Assembly: GCA_964016885.1 (NCBI GenBank) | Contig: OZ024750.1 | Span: 31,434,001 to 31,498,000 of the forward strand | Direction of reading: 5' to 3' | Length of the DNA stretch: 64,000 nucleotides | From: Eledone cirrhosa | Taxonomy: Eukaryota | In this document: one piece after another, positions 11,019 through 22,650 of the stretch | How the letters are laid out: the number at the start of each line of letters is the position of its first letter | Numbering within the stretch: the first letter of the stretch is position 1 | Position numbers and translations under genes: made by a program | The notes under the pieces: model-generated | What the model was told of the DNA's origin: nothing | The model's database searches: none | Seen by the model: the letters and a program-made list of their open reading frames with translations, nothing else

Positions 11019-13765
11019 TATTTCTTTATTAACCACAAGGGTTTACATAAAGTAGACATTAAGGACAGTGCAGGACAATGCAGGACGGTACAAATGGGCA
11101 TTTCTGCGTGTAAAAAAACAAAAACAGAGGATGTAACAAAAATAACAATGAAAAATTCCCCAATAGGGGGGAGACTTCGGAGGGACATTTGTGGAGAAAG
11201 CCCAGTAAAAAGCCACAATGACCCTGACCACCAAGGCAAGTGCCCTCTCCCAGTTTTCCACCTTTAATTTACAGATATATACTCAGAGTAGGCCCATTCA
11301 CTCGGGCCATTCTTGCTTCTCTCAACCATCTTTCAACAAAATGCTGGGAAGAGAGCACTTCCCTCTCTACTCTGATTTTCCTTTTCAAATGAAATTTGAA
11401 AAAGTCAATCAGAGCATCACCGAAGAGGTAAGTGCTCGTCTTCAGCCCTTTCAAACGTGTCCACCATACTATCTCTTTCGCCATGGCCACCAGACAGATA
11501 AAAACTGCCTGCCCTTCCCGGCTAAAGGAGGAGGGCGGGGCAATCCTCACGATGGACTCAGATGATAGCTGGATCCGTCCTAAACGCGACAGCAGGTGTT
11601 CGACATAAACCCACAAGTCAGCAATTTTCGGACACTGGACGAGTGCGTGCAGGACGGTTTCGTCGCCCTGCGCGCATCTCGGACATGCCCGGCTGACGGC
11701 ACCTCCATGCCTGTAGAGTTTATCCCGAACTGGCAAGGCTCCTCGGTAGCACTGCCAGGCCAGAGATTTCTGGAAGTTGTCCATAGGCCCTGGCCCGAAA
11801 GTTCTTCCGAAGAGATTGGCTAGTTGATTTTCGTCGACGCCTAGAGTTTCCCCAAGTACGTCGTCGCTCTTCCCCTCCACTAATCCTCTATAGAACGCCG
11901 AGGTGGAGTTTCCACCGATCACATTGCCCGCTTGGTCGAGGGCTGTGAGCGCCTGAAGACATTCCAGTCTCCAGGCGCTCCCTCTCGGTCTTCGCTTGAC
12001 CCAGGACTGCAGCTCCGTCAAGGAAACGAGCTGGGGAAAAACGCGTCTAGCAAACGGCGACCACACCTGATCACCGTCAAGGAAGAGGTGGAGATGTCGT
12101 AGCCTGAGCGCGTGCCTGCGCATCATCAGCCACGGCATGCCCAGCCCTCCACGTAGCGGGTGTTGACAACAGATGGACCGCCTGACCATCGGAGCACGTC
12201 CCTTCCACAAAAAGCGAAAGAGCAAACGCTCCAGCGCAGTCAGGCGAGGCTTAGGACAAGGTACGACGGTTAGGCGGTAGCAGATGACAGACGCGATGTA
12301 CGCGTTAGCCACCTCCGCTCGACCTTTCAGGGATAGCTTCCTCTCCGCCCATTTCTGGGTGAGAGAAGCCACCCTGCTCGTCACCTCGTCCCAGTTTTTG
12401 TCCGTCTGGAGGTCCGGACCGAACCAGACCCCTAGCAATTTAACCGGTCCGTCCGTCCAGCGCCCGACGACGCTGTTGGACGGCATGGACCTGCCTCTCC
12501 AGGTGCCGAGCTGCAGGCCCACTGACTTTTCCTGGTTGATCATTGCTCCTGTCACCGCTTCGTATTCTCTTAGTGTAGTGCCGATCGCCTCGATGTGTTT
12601 GGCGTTCGACACCACTACGGTGACATCGTCCGCATATGCTGACACGGATCTTCCGCATCCTAGTTCGCGCGGGACTCCCCTCAACGTCTCCAGTTTGTGC
12701 AGTAATGGCTCGAGAGTCAATACGTACAAGAGGGACGAGAGGGGACATCCTTGGCGGACCGAGCGCATGATGTTGAACGGTTCCGACAGGTGACCGTTCA
12801 CTCTCACCACAGAGCAGATGTCGCTGTGCATGGCAGCGATCCAGCCTCTGAAGACGGGCCCAAAGCCAGCCGCCCTCAGGACTGCCGCTAGGTAACGATG
12901 GTCGACCCTATCGAAAGCTTTCGACTGATCTAAATTGATCAAGGACCCACCCGTGCCAGGTTCCCTAGCTACCCTCTCTACGATGTATCGCATGAGGTGG
13001 AGGTTGTCGTGGATGGATCTGTCGGGAATGGCGCATGTCTGCGCCTCTCCCACCAGACCACCAACGACAAGCGCCAACCTCTTTGCTAGCACCTTGGCCA
13101 AAATCTTAAACTCTGTGTTTAGCAGAGTTATGGGCCGGAAATTTTCTATGTTATCCCCCTTGTTCGGATCCTTTCTCAGCAGTGCCACCGCTCCTCGGCT
13201 CACAGAACTGGGAATTCTCCCGTTCTGTTGCCAGTTGCAGTAGACGTCCGCCAAGAGGCCTCCGAACAAGTCTGGCATCTGTACGTAAAGTTCATAGGGC
13301 AGACCATCCAAACCAGGCGATTTACCCCTTGTGCAGCCAGTCATTGCCTCCCTTACTTCAGCGGCTGTTATCGGCTTTTCGCAACACTTCGCCTCAGTGG
13401 CCGAGAGCCGCGGCAGTCCGTCGAGGTAGACACTAAAGTCCATCCCTCTACCCGGCCCCCCGCTGCCCCCGAACAGCTGAGCGAAGTGTCGCTGAAAAGC
13501 TTCACACATTTGCTCGGGATCGAGTAGCATGCGCCCGTCGTGGTCCACCAAAGACCGGATCGTGGCTTTGTTGCCACGACGCGCCTCCGCCACTCGGGCC
13601 CATTGAACGGCTTTCGTCCCCTCGTGTCTGAGAGCACGCACCCTAGCTCTGACAACGCAGCCTTCGTGCTTTGCATTGAAGAATTGGTCAAGGGCCAATT
13701 TCGCCGCAAGCACGTCGGTCGCAATGCCTTTGCTAAGCGCCTCGTCTAATTTTCTAACTAGTTCT
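10968..13765 (-). mobile_element. 5'-truncated Tx1/L1-clade LINE with 3' UTR and (TTA)n tail
   Basis: GC-rich island; AATAAA (minus strand, 11025-11030) followed by a (TTA)n run; 5' end abuts a (TA)n microsatellite. Confidence 0.9.
11269..13764 (-). CDS. Partial ORF2: reverse transcriptase plus C-terminal zinc finger; endonuclease lost by 5' truncation
   Basis: KSPGLDG, FRPITLLN, DQSKAFDRV, VRQGCPLS, YADD, CPRC..ETVLHALVQC; about 830 codons without a stop. The ORF-track start at 13866 is a microsatellite artefact. Confidence 0.93.
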   Translation of the reverse strand, partial: ELVRKLDEALSKGIATDVLAAKLALDQFFNAKHEGCVVRARVRALRHEGTKAVQWARVAEARRGNKATIRSLVDHDGRMLLDPEQMCEAFQRHFAQLFGGSGGPGRGMDFSVYLDGLPRLSATEAKCCEKPITAAEVREAMTGCTRGKSPGLDGLPYELYVQMPDLFGGLLADVYCNWQQNGRIPSSVSRGAVALLRKDPNKGDNIENFRPITLLNTEFKILAKVLAKRLALVVGGLVGEAQTCAIPDRSIHDNLHLMRYIVERVAREPGTGGSLINLDQSKAFDRVDHRYLAAVLRAAGFGPVFRGWIAAMHSDICSVVRVNGHLSEPFNIMRSVRQGCPLSSLLYVLTLEPLLHKLETLRGVPRELGCGRSVSAYADDVTVVVSNAKHIEAIGTTLREYEAVTGAMINQEKSVGLQLGTWRGRSMPSNSVVGRWTDGPVKLLGVWFGPDLQTDKNWDEVTSRVASLTQKWAERKLSLKGRAEVANAYIASVICYRLTVVPCPKPRLTALERLLFRFLWKGRAPMVRRSICCQHPLRGGLGMPWLMMRRHALRLRHLHLFLDGDQVWSPFARRVFPQLVSLTELQSWVKRRPRGSAWRLECLQALTALDQAGNVIGGNSTSAFYRGLVEGKSDDVLGETLGVDENQLANLFGRTFGPGPMDNFQKSLAWQCYRGALPVRDKLYRHGGAVSRACPRCAQGDETVLHALVQCPKIADLWVYVEHLLSRLGRIQLSSESIVRIAPPSSFSREGQAVFICLVAMAKEIVWWTRLKGLKTSTYLFGDALIDFFKFHLKRKIRVEREVLSSQHFVERWLREARMARVNGPTLSIYL

Positions 13766-14027
13766 GTATATATATATATATGTATGCCAGTATATGTATA
13801 TATGTGCGTTATGTATGTGTATATATGATATGTATATATGATATATATATATACATGCACACACACATATCCCTCTCTCTCTCTGTATATATATATATAT
13901 ATATATATGTGTGTATATATATATTATATATATATATAATATATATATATATATAATATATATAATATATATATATACAATATATAATATATATATATAT
14001 AATATATAATATATATATATATATATA

Positions 14028-14078
<51 letters not shown>
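13766..14078. repeat. Compound (TA)n/(CA)n/(TC)n microsatellite
   Basis: Directly visible. Confidence 0.95.
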
Positions 14079-14084
<6 letters not shown>

Positions 14085-14171
14085 GTCCCAAATTATATTG
14101 CACGTCCTTTAAGACAACATATAAGAAATTGGATGTGTAATTACCACTCAATATTTTATTATCAACTTTTA

Positions 14172-14278
14172 AAATCCCGCCGAGGTTAACTTTGCCTTTC
14201 ATCCTTACGGGGTCGATAAAATAAAGTACCAGTGATGTACTGGGTAATTGCTGGCCTTGTGCCACAAAGTAGAAACAC
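14172..14278 (+). mobile_element. 5'-truncated Nin-domain SINE
   Basis: Matches the consensus from the B-box to the tail. Confidence 0.88.
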
Positions 14279-14534
14279 TATTTTATTATCAACTTAAGAA
14301 ATGCTATTATATCACCCGTAGATTGCTGAAAGTCCTTTTAACAATATTCAAACGAAATATGCCTCTCTACAAACCTAACACCTTTTTATCTTTACTATTT
14401 CTTTTTTGTTTTCCAATATTTATGTTTATTATTTAGCCCCAAGTAAATATTTATCACGCAGAGAGAAGATTAAAGGATTTCAGCTATGACGATCTTCTCT
14501 TTTTAGGAGGTGTTTCCGACAAAATGTTAAAAGA

Positions 14535-14841
14535 TTTGCAGTATCGGTAGAGCGTCGGACACCATGCTTTCCAGCATATAGTTATGGCCCTTTACGTTCT
14601 AATTCAAATCCCGCCGAGGTTAGCTTTGCCTTTCATCCTTATGAAGTCGATAAAATAAAGTACCAGTAATGACTGGTTTGATTTAATCGAATCGCTCACC
14701 TTCGAATTTTTGGCCCTGTGCCTTAAGTAGAAACAATTATTAATATAATTGTTTCTACTTTTGGCACAAGGCCACCAATTATCCCAATGCATTACTGGTA
14801 CTTTATTTTATCGACCCTGTAAGGATGAAAGGCAAAGTTAA

Positions 14842-14844
<3 letters not shown>
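14535..14844. mobile_element. Two Nin-domain SINEs tail-to-tail (+ 14535-14738, - 14745-14844)
   Basis: Palindromic junction aagtagaaacaattat-taat-ataattgtttctactt. Confidence 0.85.
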
Positions 14845-14898
<54 letters not shown>

Positions 14899-15457
14899 AT
14901 ATGAATATATTTAACCGCCAATAGGCTTAATGTGAACAAAAACAAATCTATCTAGAAACTCAAGAAAACACAAATATAGAGCTCCAATTAATCCCACTCA
15001 CCACACACATGCCTCACAAGATATAAACCAACATTCAATCATGTCCTCAACCCCCCCCCCCCCGTAATCCCAGTAAAACAACCACCAACCTGCACTGGTA
15101 TGGAAACGATGGACATCATCAGGCTGCAACGGTCGTATTACTTAGTTTCTCTATTACATTGTATAGAATCAATCATTACAATAGTGTCAGTGGCATTTGA
15201 ATATAAATAAATTAGGAAACAAGTATTATTCAGAAAGTGATATCCTTAAAAGAGAAAAAAAAAAAAAGTAATCTGTAAACGTTCCTTTTTCTAGTTGAAC
15301 CTAATCCAATTGTCTTACATCAAACAGTTAATCTCATTATAAAAGAACTTTCCATTGCTATCTGTCATATATTTTTGACATTTTTTGTCACGCAGAAATC
15401 AATATTTTATGCCAATTCATAGTTAATATATTCACAACTCTATATGAATATTTATTT

Positions 15458-15509
<52 letters not shown>

Positions 15510-15538
<29 letters not shown>

Positions 15539-17022
15539 CGTAGTTTAGAAAGCCACAACAATGCAGATGGGAAATCTCGAGGTAGGAAGTGAATGATAGA
15601 TAGGAGAAATAGGAGAAAGTGAAAATTGAGAGAGACAAAGATGAAAACAAAACAAAGGTAGAAGGGTTACCGTAGTGGAGATTTAATCCCAATATTTCGG
15701 GCTCACGCCCATCAACGGGGGAAAGTTCCAAAAAGGGGGGGAACAGGCTAAGCCGGAGAAAGTTGTGATGTCGTTAAAACAGGAATGCCGTTATGGGGAG
15801 AAAATTTAAATGAGGGGAAAGAATGCGCGTGCGCGTGATAGGCTGTGGCAAAAGCTACTGACCAAATGGGTTAAATCAAGAGGGTGCGCTAGCGTGTGAA
15901 AGTCGTAAAATATGTGTGTGTAAATATATATGTGTGTGTAACTGTGTGTGTATATGTGTAAGTGTGTATATGTGTGAGTGCGTGTGTGTGTGAAAGATAG
16001 TGGGCTGTAGAAGCTGGAAATCAAAGGGTGTGAAAGGTGGTAGGTTGTAAAACATGTGTGCGTGTATAAATATAGATGTGTGTGTGTATGCGTATGGGTA
16101 TGCATATACGTGCGTGTGTGTGAAAATAGCAGGCCGTAAGGGCTGTGAATGGTCACTATGGTTAAATTAGCCATGTCAGCTCATTTCTCTCAGCCCGGTT
16201 GTTAAGTGGGGGTCTGAGGTTCTTAATAACAAGTGCTTCCTTTATCCTTAAGGATCCGATGCTGCGTTCAGTCGCTAGGACTGTGACCAAGGGTCTACCC
16301 TGTGGGTTTCCGCATTTAAGGATGTGTTTACGGAAGGAAGATGCGTTGGTGTTGATATGTTCCTTGATACGAACATGTAGGGGTCGGATGGTGCTACCTA
16401 TGTAAAACTTGTTACATTTATCGCATTGAATCTTATATACGACATAGGTGCGTAGGCAATCTGCCCCCCGTATCGGGCAGTTGCTGAGGGAACACGTCCC
16501 ATCTGACTCGTCGGGTTTGTTGGAAAGGCATCTTCGCAGCGAAGGTCCTGTGTGGGCGAAATGTATGTCAAGTCCCTCCGTCCGTATGGCCCTGCGGATG
16601 GCGTTCGTGGTATATTCACTCAGGTGGGGGATTTTAAAGAAGCACCTGCTTTTATTTAAGTTTCTAGTGGGTGTCTGTTTATTGGATCTGGGGTCTCTAA
16701 TTCCGTTAATCAGTCGCTTGGGATATCCATTAGACTTGAGTAGATTACGGAATTGCGTGGTATGGGTGAGACCACCCATCGGGTCGCTGCATCTGTTAGT
16801 GGTCCGTGTCAGTTCATTTAGGACATAGCCTCTCTTAGCGTTGTTGGGGAGGGCTGAGTTGTAATGTACAAATAAGTCCTTGCACGCTGCTTTGCGGTAG
16901 AAGGTGGTGTTTATGTCTCCTTCTTCCGAGATGTTGATACGGAAGTGGAGGAGGGCGAGTGACCCGTCTTCTCCTGGGTGTTCGATGGTGAAATCGACGT
17001 GATGGTCAGTATCGTGTAATGT
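15510..17022 (-). mobile_element. 5'-truncated Penelope-like element (Neptune/Nematis-type linker) with 3' UTR ending in (TA)n
   Basis: RT thumb and GIY-YIG ORF, (CA)-rich 3' UTR, degenerate HHR at 15687-15722 (gggc-gtga-gccc GAAA ta tt). Confidence 0.88.
16162..17022 (-). CDS. Partial PLE polyprotein: RT C-terminus/thumb, Cys linker and GIY-YIG endonuclease
   Basis: Open frame DFTIEHP..SLALL..TTFYRK..VHYNSALP..LKSNGYP..CSLSNCPI..C..VVYKIQCDKCNKFYIGSTIRPLHVRIKEH..KEALVI..PPLN; extends upstream of the ORF-track Met. Confidence 0.9.
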   Translation of the reverse strand, partial: TLHDTDHHVDFTIEHPGEDGSLALLHFRINISEEGDINTTFYRKAACKDLFVHYNSALPNNAKRGYVLNELTRTTNRCSDPMGGLTHTTQFRNLLKSNGYPKRLINGIRDPRSNKQTPTRNLNKSRCFFKIPHLSEYTTNAIRRAIRTEGLDIHFAHTGPSLRRCLSNKPDESDGTCSLSNCPIRGADCLRTYVVYKIQCDKCNKFYIGSTIRPLHVRIKEHINTNASSFRKHILKCGNPQGRPLVTVLATERSIGSLRIKEALVIKNLRPPLNNRAERNELTWLI

Positions 17023-17198
17023 TCATCGATACAACCCCTACAGGTGGATTAGCTTACAAATTTAGAAGGGCCCTAGATAAACATAAACTCAATATTAAGA
17101 TAGTAGAAAGACCAGGTAACTTCATAAAAACACTTATTAGTAATACATACCCTTTTCAAATACCTCCCTGTATAGGATACAGTGGTCACAGCATTTGA
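17019..17198 (+). pseudogene. Fragment of a second PLE ORF (RT-EN linker)
   Basis: MFIDTTPTGGLAYKFRRALDKHKLNIKIVERPGNFIKTLISNTYPFQIPPC resembles the F..TP...L....KIVERPG..IK.L....PF...C linker seen in PLE proteins. Confidence 0.6.
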
Positions 17199-17475
17199 TA
17201 ATTGTTATAAATTTGATAATAGTTATAAATTTGCACATAGCATAACTAGCCTAACTAACATAACTAGGCTGTATAACCACCGTGGAAACATTTGTAAGCA
17301 CACATAATAAATTATCTTTTTATGATGTCTACCTGTTATTATTCCTTCTTTATCTACACTCCGGAATACAGAAGGATCAGGAACTAAGTTTCTTCAACAA
17401 TTTTTCCATAACTCGTTGAGTAACCTCTCACCGTACGTCAACTCTATCCAGTGTAGTAATTAACCATTACTGCAT

Positions 17476-17508
<33 letters not shown>

Positions 17509-17913
17509 CCAATCAATGGTGTTACATCTAGAATATTTTTGTTATTGTTCAAACAAGATTTCTAAGTCATAATCTACATTTTCATGCTGCTTAGTCACAT
17601 ATTCTGTAGATTGACATTCAACTTATAGTCATTCCTTCATGATTCTATCCTATATACCACTGTGCCTTTCTATTGTATGTGTTTATGTATCACATCCTCT
17701 ACATAGAAGCCTTCTGACCATGGAATTAGTATTCTAATATGTTTTTAGACATCACGGCAAAACCATGTTGGATCAATGGCAGGCATTCACCGGCATACAC
17801 TGCAATTGATCGTGCATCTCAAGAAAAATATTAAATTCATTACAAATTAGAACAAACTAGAACAGCCGGGAGAGTTGCACTTCATAAATTATTACAACTT
17901 TAGATATAATGTA

Positions 17914-17985
<72 letters not shown>

Positions 17986-18122
17986 ACAGACATACACACA
18001 CAAACACATTACCTACCATTGATTGCAGCATTTTATAGTAGAAACTTCGATGTTACTTGACCTCCTACCTCATGTCACTTCGAACATCGTTGTCCCCTCA
18101 TTATTTCTAATTTCTCATTCTT

Positions 18123-18158
18123 TCTTCTGATGTAGGACTAACGTCCGAAACGTTAAGA
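18123..18158 (+). ncRNA. Minimal type I hammerhead, variant or mutated core CUGAUGU
   Basis: UCUU CUGAUGU A GGAC-uaac-GUCC GAAA CG UU AAGA. A related copy lacking the first core segment is at ~33505-33522. Confidence 0.65.
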
Positions 18159-18471
18159 CACTATTCTTACTATTTCAAGCTTTAAACTAATATATTCCAT
18201 CCATATATATCTTATCTGACATTGGTATAAATTAGCTGCTGGGTTTGAAATAGTGAGAAGACTGTCGTTGATAGTCTGGACGCGTAGACACAATTTCCGA
18301 CTTTCTATTTAATAGATTTAATTTCGAATAAACAATAGTTCAAGACTCTAGGAGACAAAGGTTACAGAATGTGTTGGGTGGTTTATAAAAGGGGGGGGGG
18401 TGGCATAGCTATCACGTGCCATTCTAAGGTGTAAGGTTTATTTTTAATTTTTAATGAATGTATATATGTAG

Positions 18472-18642
18472 ATAATTGTTTCTACTTTTGGCACAAGGCC
18501 AGCAATTAACCCAGTGTATTACTGGTACTTTATTTTATCGACCCCGAAAGGATGAAAGGCAAAGTTAACCTCGGCGGGATTTGAACTCAGAATGGCAAGG
18601 ACCGTAACTCTATGCGTCAAAGCATGGCGTCCGACCCTCTAC
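18472..18642 (-). mobile_element. Nin-domain SINE, subfamily B
   Basis: Diagnostic aatggcaagg..cgtaactctatgcgtcaaagc segment. Confidence 0.9.
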
Positions 18643-19231
18643 TGTGAAGTACCGTTACCAAGTTTAAGATTTCTAAAAGTGTGAAGACGCGAGTTATACC
18701 TTGTCTTAAAGCTATTCGAGGTGGAACTAATATAAGTTTTCAAAATTTCATGTGTTTCATTTGTATTACCTTAATGCATACTATCACTGATTTTCTGTGT
18801 AATAAGTTTGATATACTCACTTTTAGTAATACCCTCTTTATAACAGCTTCCTATATTTTGCTATCTTTTCAATGTAATATCATTTTATTACTCTTGTTTT
18901 TCAATATGATGTATCTTAATGAATGTTCTAAAGACTAGCAATGTAATTACTTGTTTAAACATTGTCTATGCAACGATGGTACCAGACAGTTGTCTGGAAG
19001 AAACGATCGTCACCAACAATTAAATACATTAAACACAAATTTGATTGTTTTATATTCTGTATTTCTGCTCTGTAATACATCTAATAATTTACACTGAGTT
19101 AATTTTCTTAGTGGTAATTGGGTAATACACTATATTACCCTTTCCTATTTATAATTGTATATAGATTATATATATATAAGTATAAATCCTATTATTATTA
19201 TTATTATTATTATTAATATATATATATATAT

Positions 19232-19553
19232 ATTTATTAAAATAACAGATTAAAGTTTAAGCAAAGAAACGCTGCTTTCACCCTTAACGGGATCTTCTGA
19301 TTTCCACGAACCAAAGTATCGTCTTCCTGTCTTACTCCGGTTGCAACGTTTTTTGAAATATCCAGTTCTGCGTTTACAGATTGACTTTGTTAGTTTCAGA
19401 AGATCCCGTTAAGGGTGAAAGCAGCGATTCTTTGCTTAAACTTTAATCTGTTATTTTAATAAATATTTGCTTTACGGTTCTTATATATTTGATATATATT
19501 TTCCTTATCGAGCCCTCTTTGGATTTTAGTCTTCAATTTTATTATTATTACTA
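19232..19553 (+). mobile_element. PLE pseudo-LTR family A: inverted 3' arm, direct copy and tail, within (TA)n
   Basis: 19232-19299 is the reverse complement of 19396-19465; same sequence at 26.9, 60.3, 62.0, 62.8 and 63.0 kb. Confidence 0.85.
19392..19442 (+). ncRNA. Type I hammerhead-like RNA with non-canonical core CAGAAGA
   Basis: AGUUU CAGAAGA U CCC-guuaa-GGG U GAAA GCAG-cgauucu-UUGC UU AAACU; stems I, II and III all pair. Confidence 0.7.
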
Positions 19554-20893
19554 TATATATGTATATATATATATATATATATATGTATATTATTATATTA
19601 TATTATATTATATTATATATTGTAATATATTATTATCATTGTTCAATGTTGCCTGTATCGTATGATTCTTGCGCGAATTGATAATTGGAAAGAAATGACA
19701 TATTAGAATGTGACATATCTACATCGGTATTATATTTAGATGCGATTATAATTCTATGAACAGTTTAATGTTTCCAACGATGATGGGTTTAAATAACCGC
19801 TCACAGTTCGGAGGAATACACGTTGGGAATATTTGAAATTTTGATTTATTTCTTCAATGCTTTATTTCTCCAATGAAGCCTTCCAAAATGAAATTCCAGC
19901 TTGCGAGGTTACATCCAGATAAGACAAGCAAAGAAACAAGCATACTAACAAACAAGCAACTTCCATTTTTATAACACGAAATATATCTATCCATTATGTC
20001 ATTTTTCAAGTCACCACCACAAGTTAATTTTGAAGGAAGAATGAAGTCGTATTTCCCATATCATTTATCATAACAAATGCAAGGGAATAGGTGAACTGAG
20101 ATGACAGCTTACAAAGTTTAATTGAATTTCTTTTTATCTCAATTGCGGATGTTTACTGGGTTGTGAATTTTCTGAAAGGTAACAAACTTCAGCTATGTAA
20201 AAATCACCTGTTTTATTTATATGCCTCATGTTTTGAGTGTAATAAAGCGCAGAAAGTATTACAAGAACATATGAGTATAATTCAAATGGGAACACTTTAG
20301 TTAACACACTTGCAGTAAAGTTTGTTTAGGTCACAGGAACTTTCAGTACTACTCAAAATTGTCAACAATAATGTGATGAAAATATGTAATATAGCCACAT
20401 ACACCATTATATAATTGTTGGGAAAATATTAATGAAGATTTTCATTTATTATTATTTTTTTTCCAATCTTAATTACCTGCATTTTCTTTGTTTGGATTTT
20501 TCCGACATTGCCTTTTCGGGAGATTAACTAAAAATGTCACTCGGCTGATTAGCATTGCATTCTCCAAACATTACTGGATTACATAAATGCTTCATGCTAC
20601 TAAGTGCTTTATTGTTACCTACATTCATGCACATCTAACACACCGATCTTGCCAACCATAATGTACCCATTTCCGAGGACCCGCACTAACCACACACATG
20701 TTTCTATTATCCTTTAACGTCTGAATTCATTCTCTGATCATGTGTATCGAGAGCCGTCAGTTCCCAAATATTCATTACCACCATTATCAGCGAAAATATT
20801 TCTGGTTTGGGAGGGACTGGGAAATCCATGCACACAGACCCTTTCTCCTTACCAAAGCAATAACAACTAGATAAAACAGCACAAGCTAATATG

Positions 20894-21110
20894 GTTTCTA
20901 ATTTAGGTACAAGGCCAGTAATTTTCGAGAAGTGGGAAAATCTATAAAATCCACGTTAATATTTGATTGGTACTCTATTTTATCGATCCTGGAAGGGTGA
21001 ACGCCAAAGGTGACCCCGAAGGAATTTGAACGTAGAACGTAAAGATCGCACACAAATAAAACAAAGCAAATTGTTTGCCCCCCTATAGATGCTGCAAATC
21101 CGACAGAATC
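20894..21110 (-). mobile_element. Old Nin-domain SINE
   Basis: gtttctaatttaggtacaaggccag...tattttatcgatcctggaagggtgaa...ggaatttgaac. Confidence 0.7.
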
Positions 21111-22159
21111 TAATATAATAGCCATATGTACATATCTAAAATATAAATGATAGGATCTAACAGATTATTTTAGTTACATTTGAACAGAAATTGCACAAAA
21201 ATAATATCATATTACTGGTAGTTATTGTCTGTGCGATTTGAACTCTGCGGATAGAGATCTGGAACGAATTCTGAAAAACATTATGTTCTAATAAATCTGC
21301 ATATTCATTGTCTATTTACTAAAATTAAGTATATATATATAACGGCCATTGAAAAGTTACACATAGTAATAATATCGTAAACACAAGGAAGAATGAACTT
21401 GTTTTCTTAGAAACTGCTTTTCATACATCCTTATGTTGAATTAAATGTTTCATATCCTCTATCGTGTGTTATCTACCAAGTCTTAAAATATGAAGAGTAT
21501 CCTCGGAATTATCTGAAACGGTATCAAATAATTTTTTTGTTCGTTTAAACGAACATTTTACTATTACATTATAATCACGCAAGCATTAAAACAGTTTTTG
21601 ATACGAACTCAATTCACCGCAGACAATAGACGTGAGGTCTTATTAAATTATTTGTATTAAATAGGTAGAGAATATCATATTAAATTTAACAGTCTCGTCC
21701 CTTGCTCCAACTACACGGAGCTGTATGAATGAACTCAGTATGTTTCTTAATAACGATATAAATTATTTATTTAATTACAATGTCTCATATTTATCTTCCG
21801 TCCGTTTTGACTATAAAATCTTGCACGCATATAACATAGAAAATATATCTCAACGGTTAATGTCTCCTATTCACCTTTACCAATATTGAAAATTGAAGTA
21901 GCAGCGTGTGGTTAATAGCATATCAGTTGTGGTTTTATAATGTAATGGTATCCTACATTTTGGAATAAAGTATAGTCTATTATACTAATCGAAACACGAG
22001 TTGCGTTTATTGTATTGTTCCTAGAAAGATAAAAATGCCATGTAGAATGTGTAGGGTTTGAACCCAGAACTTAGGGGTAGACAACTAAATGTCACATGGA
22101 GGTTTGTTAGTCACTCTAATTATTCTAGTATATTTAATTATTGATTTTATGTCAGATAT

Positions 22160-22650
22160 GGGGAGAGCATATAATCGATTAAATCAACTTCATTACTTGA
22201 CTAGTACATTTTTTATCGACCCACTCAGGAATGTTGGAACACCAACTGCTTCGATTGCGGCAAATTCAGAATGTAACGTAGTCGTGTCCAAATGCTACCA
22301 GGCCATTTGTCTAACAATCGTGGTTATCCACCACCATAGAAGTTATTTCTATAACGATTAATCCGCCGTTGTTTCTGATGTGGAGTGTTCCATTTTATTT
22401 TATCAATGAACGAGCGAGTGATTGAGGATTCCACAGATACGTGTACCACATAACGTAATTCTCAGGAAAGCTCAGCGTGGTACAGTGTATGAAAGGTTCA
22501 GCCTTTTAGATTAAAGGTACAACTCGTTTTTGCCAGATGGATGAACACGAGCAATGGGAAATTAGGAGTGTTGCCAAAGGATACAGCGCACCGTCGAACA
22601 TCGAACTCATGGCCATACGAATGTGAACTGAGCAACCTCAACACCAAACA
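22160..22650 (-). mobile_element. Old Nin SINE (22160-22330) and a second tRNA-SINE family copy (22415-22650)
   Basis: gattgaggattccacaga..cgtaattctc and ttgccaaaggatacagcgc..atcgaactc motifs, shared with 26785-26906 and 33210-33310. Confidence 0.65.

Noticed and set aside
11596-13749. Plus-strand and alternate-frame ORFs within the LINE
   Set aside because: Shadow ORFs of a GC-rich coding sequence with no recognisable motifs.
18975-19014. Further hammerhead-like remnants (also 26043-26082, ~30580-30622, ~48815-48845, ~50680-50712)
   Set aside because: Only the GAAA-palindrome-UH half or a broken core survives, so they are not called as ribozymes.
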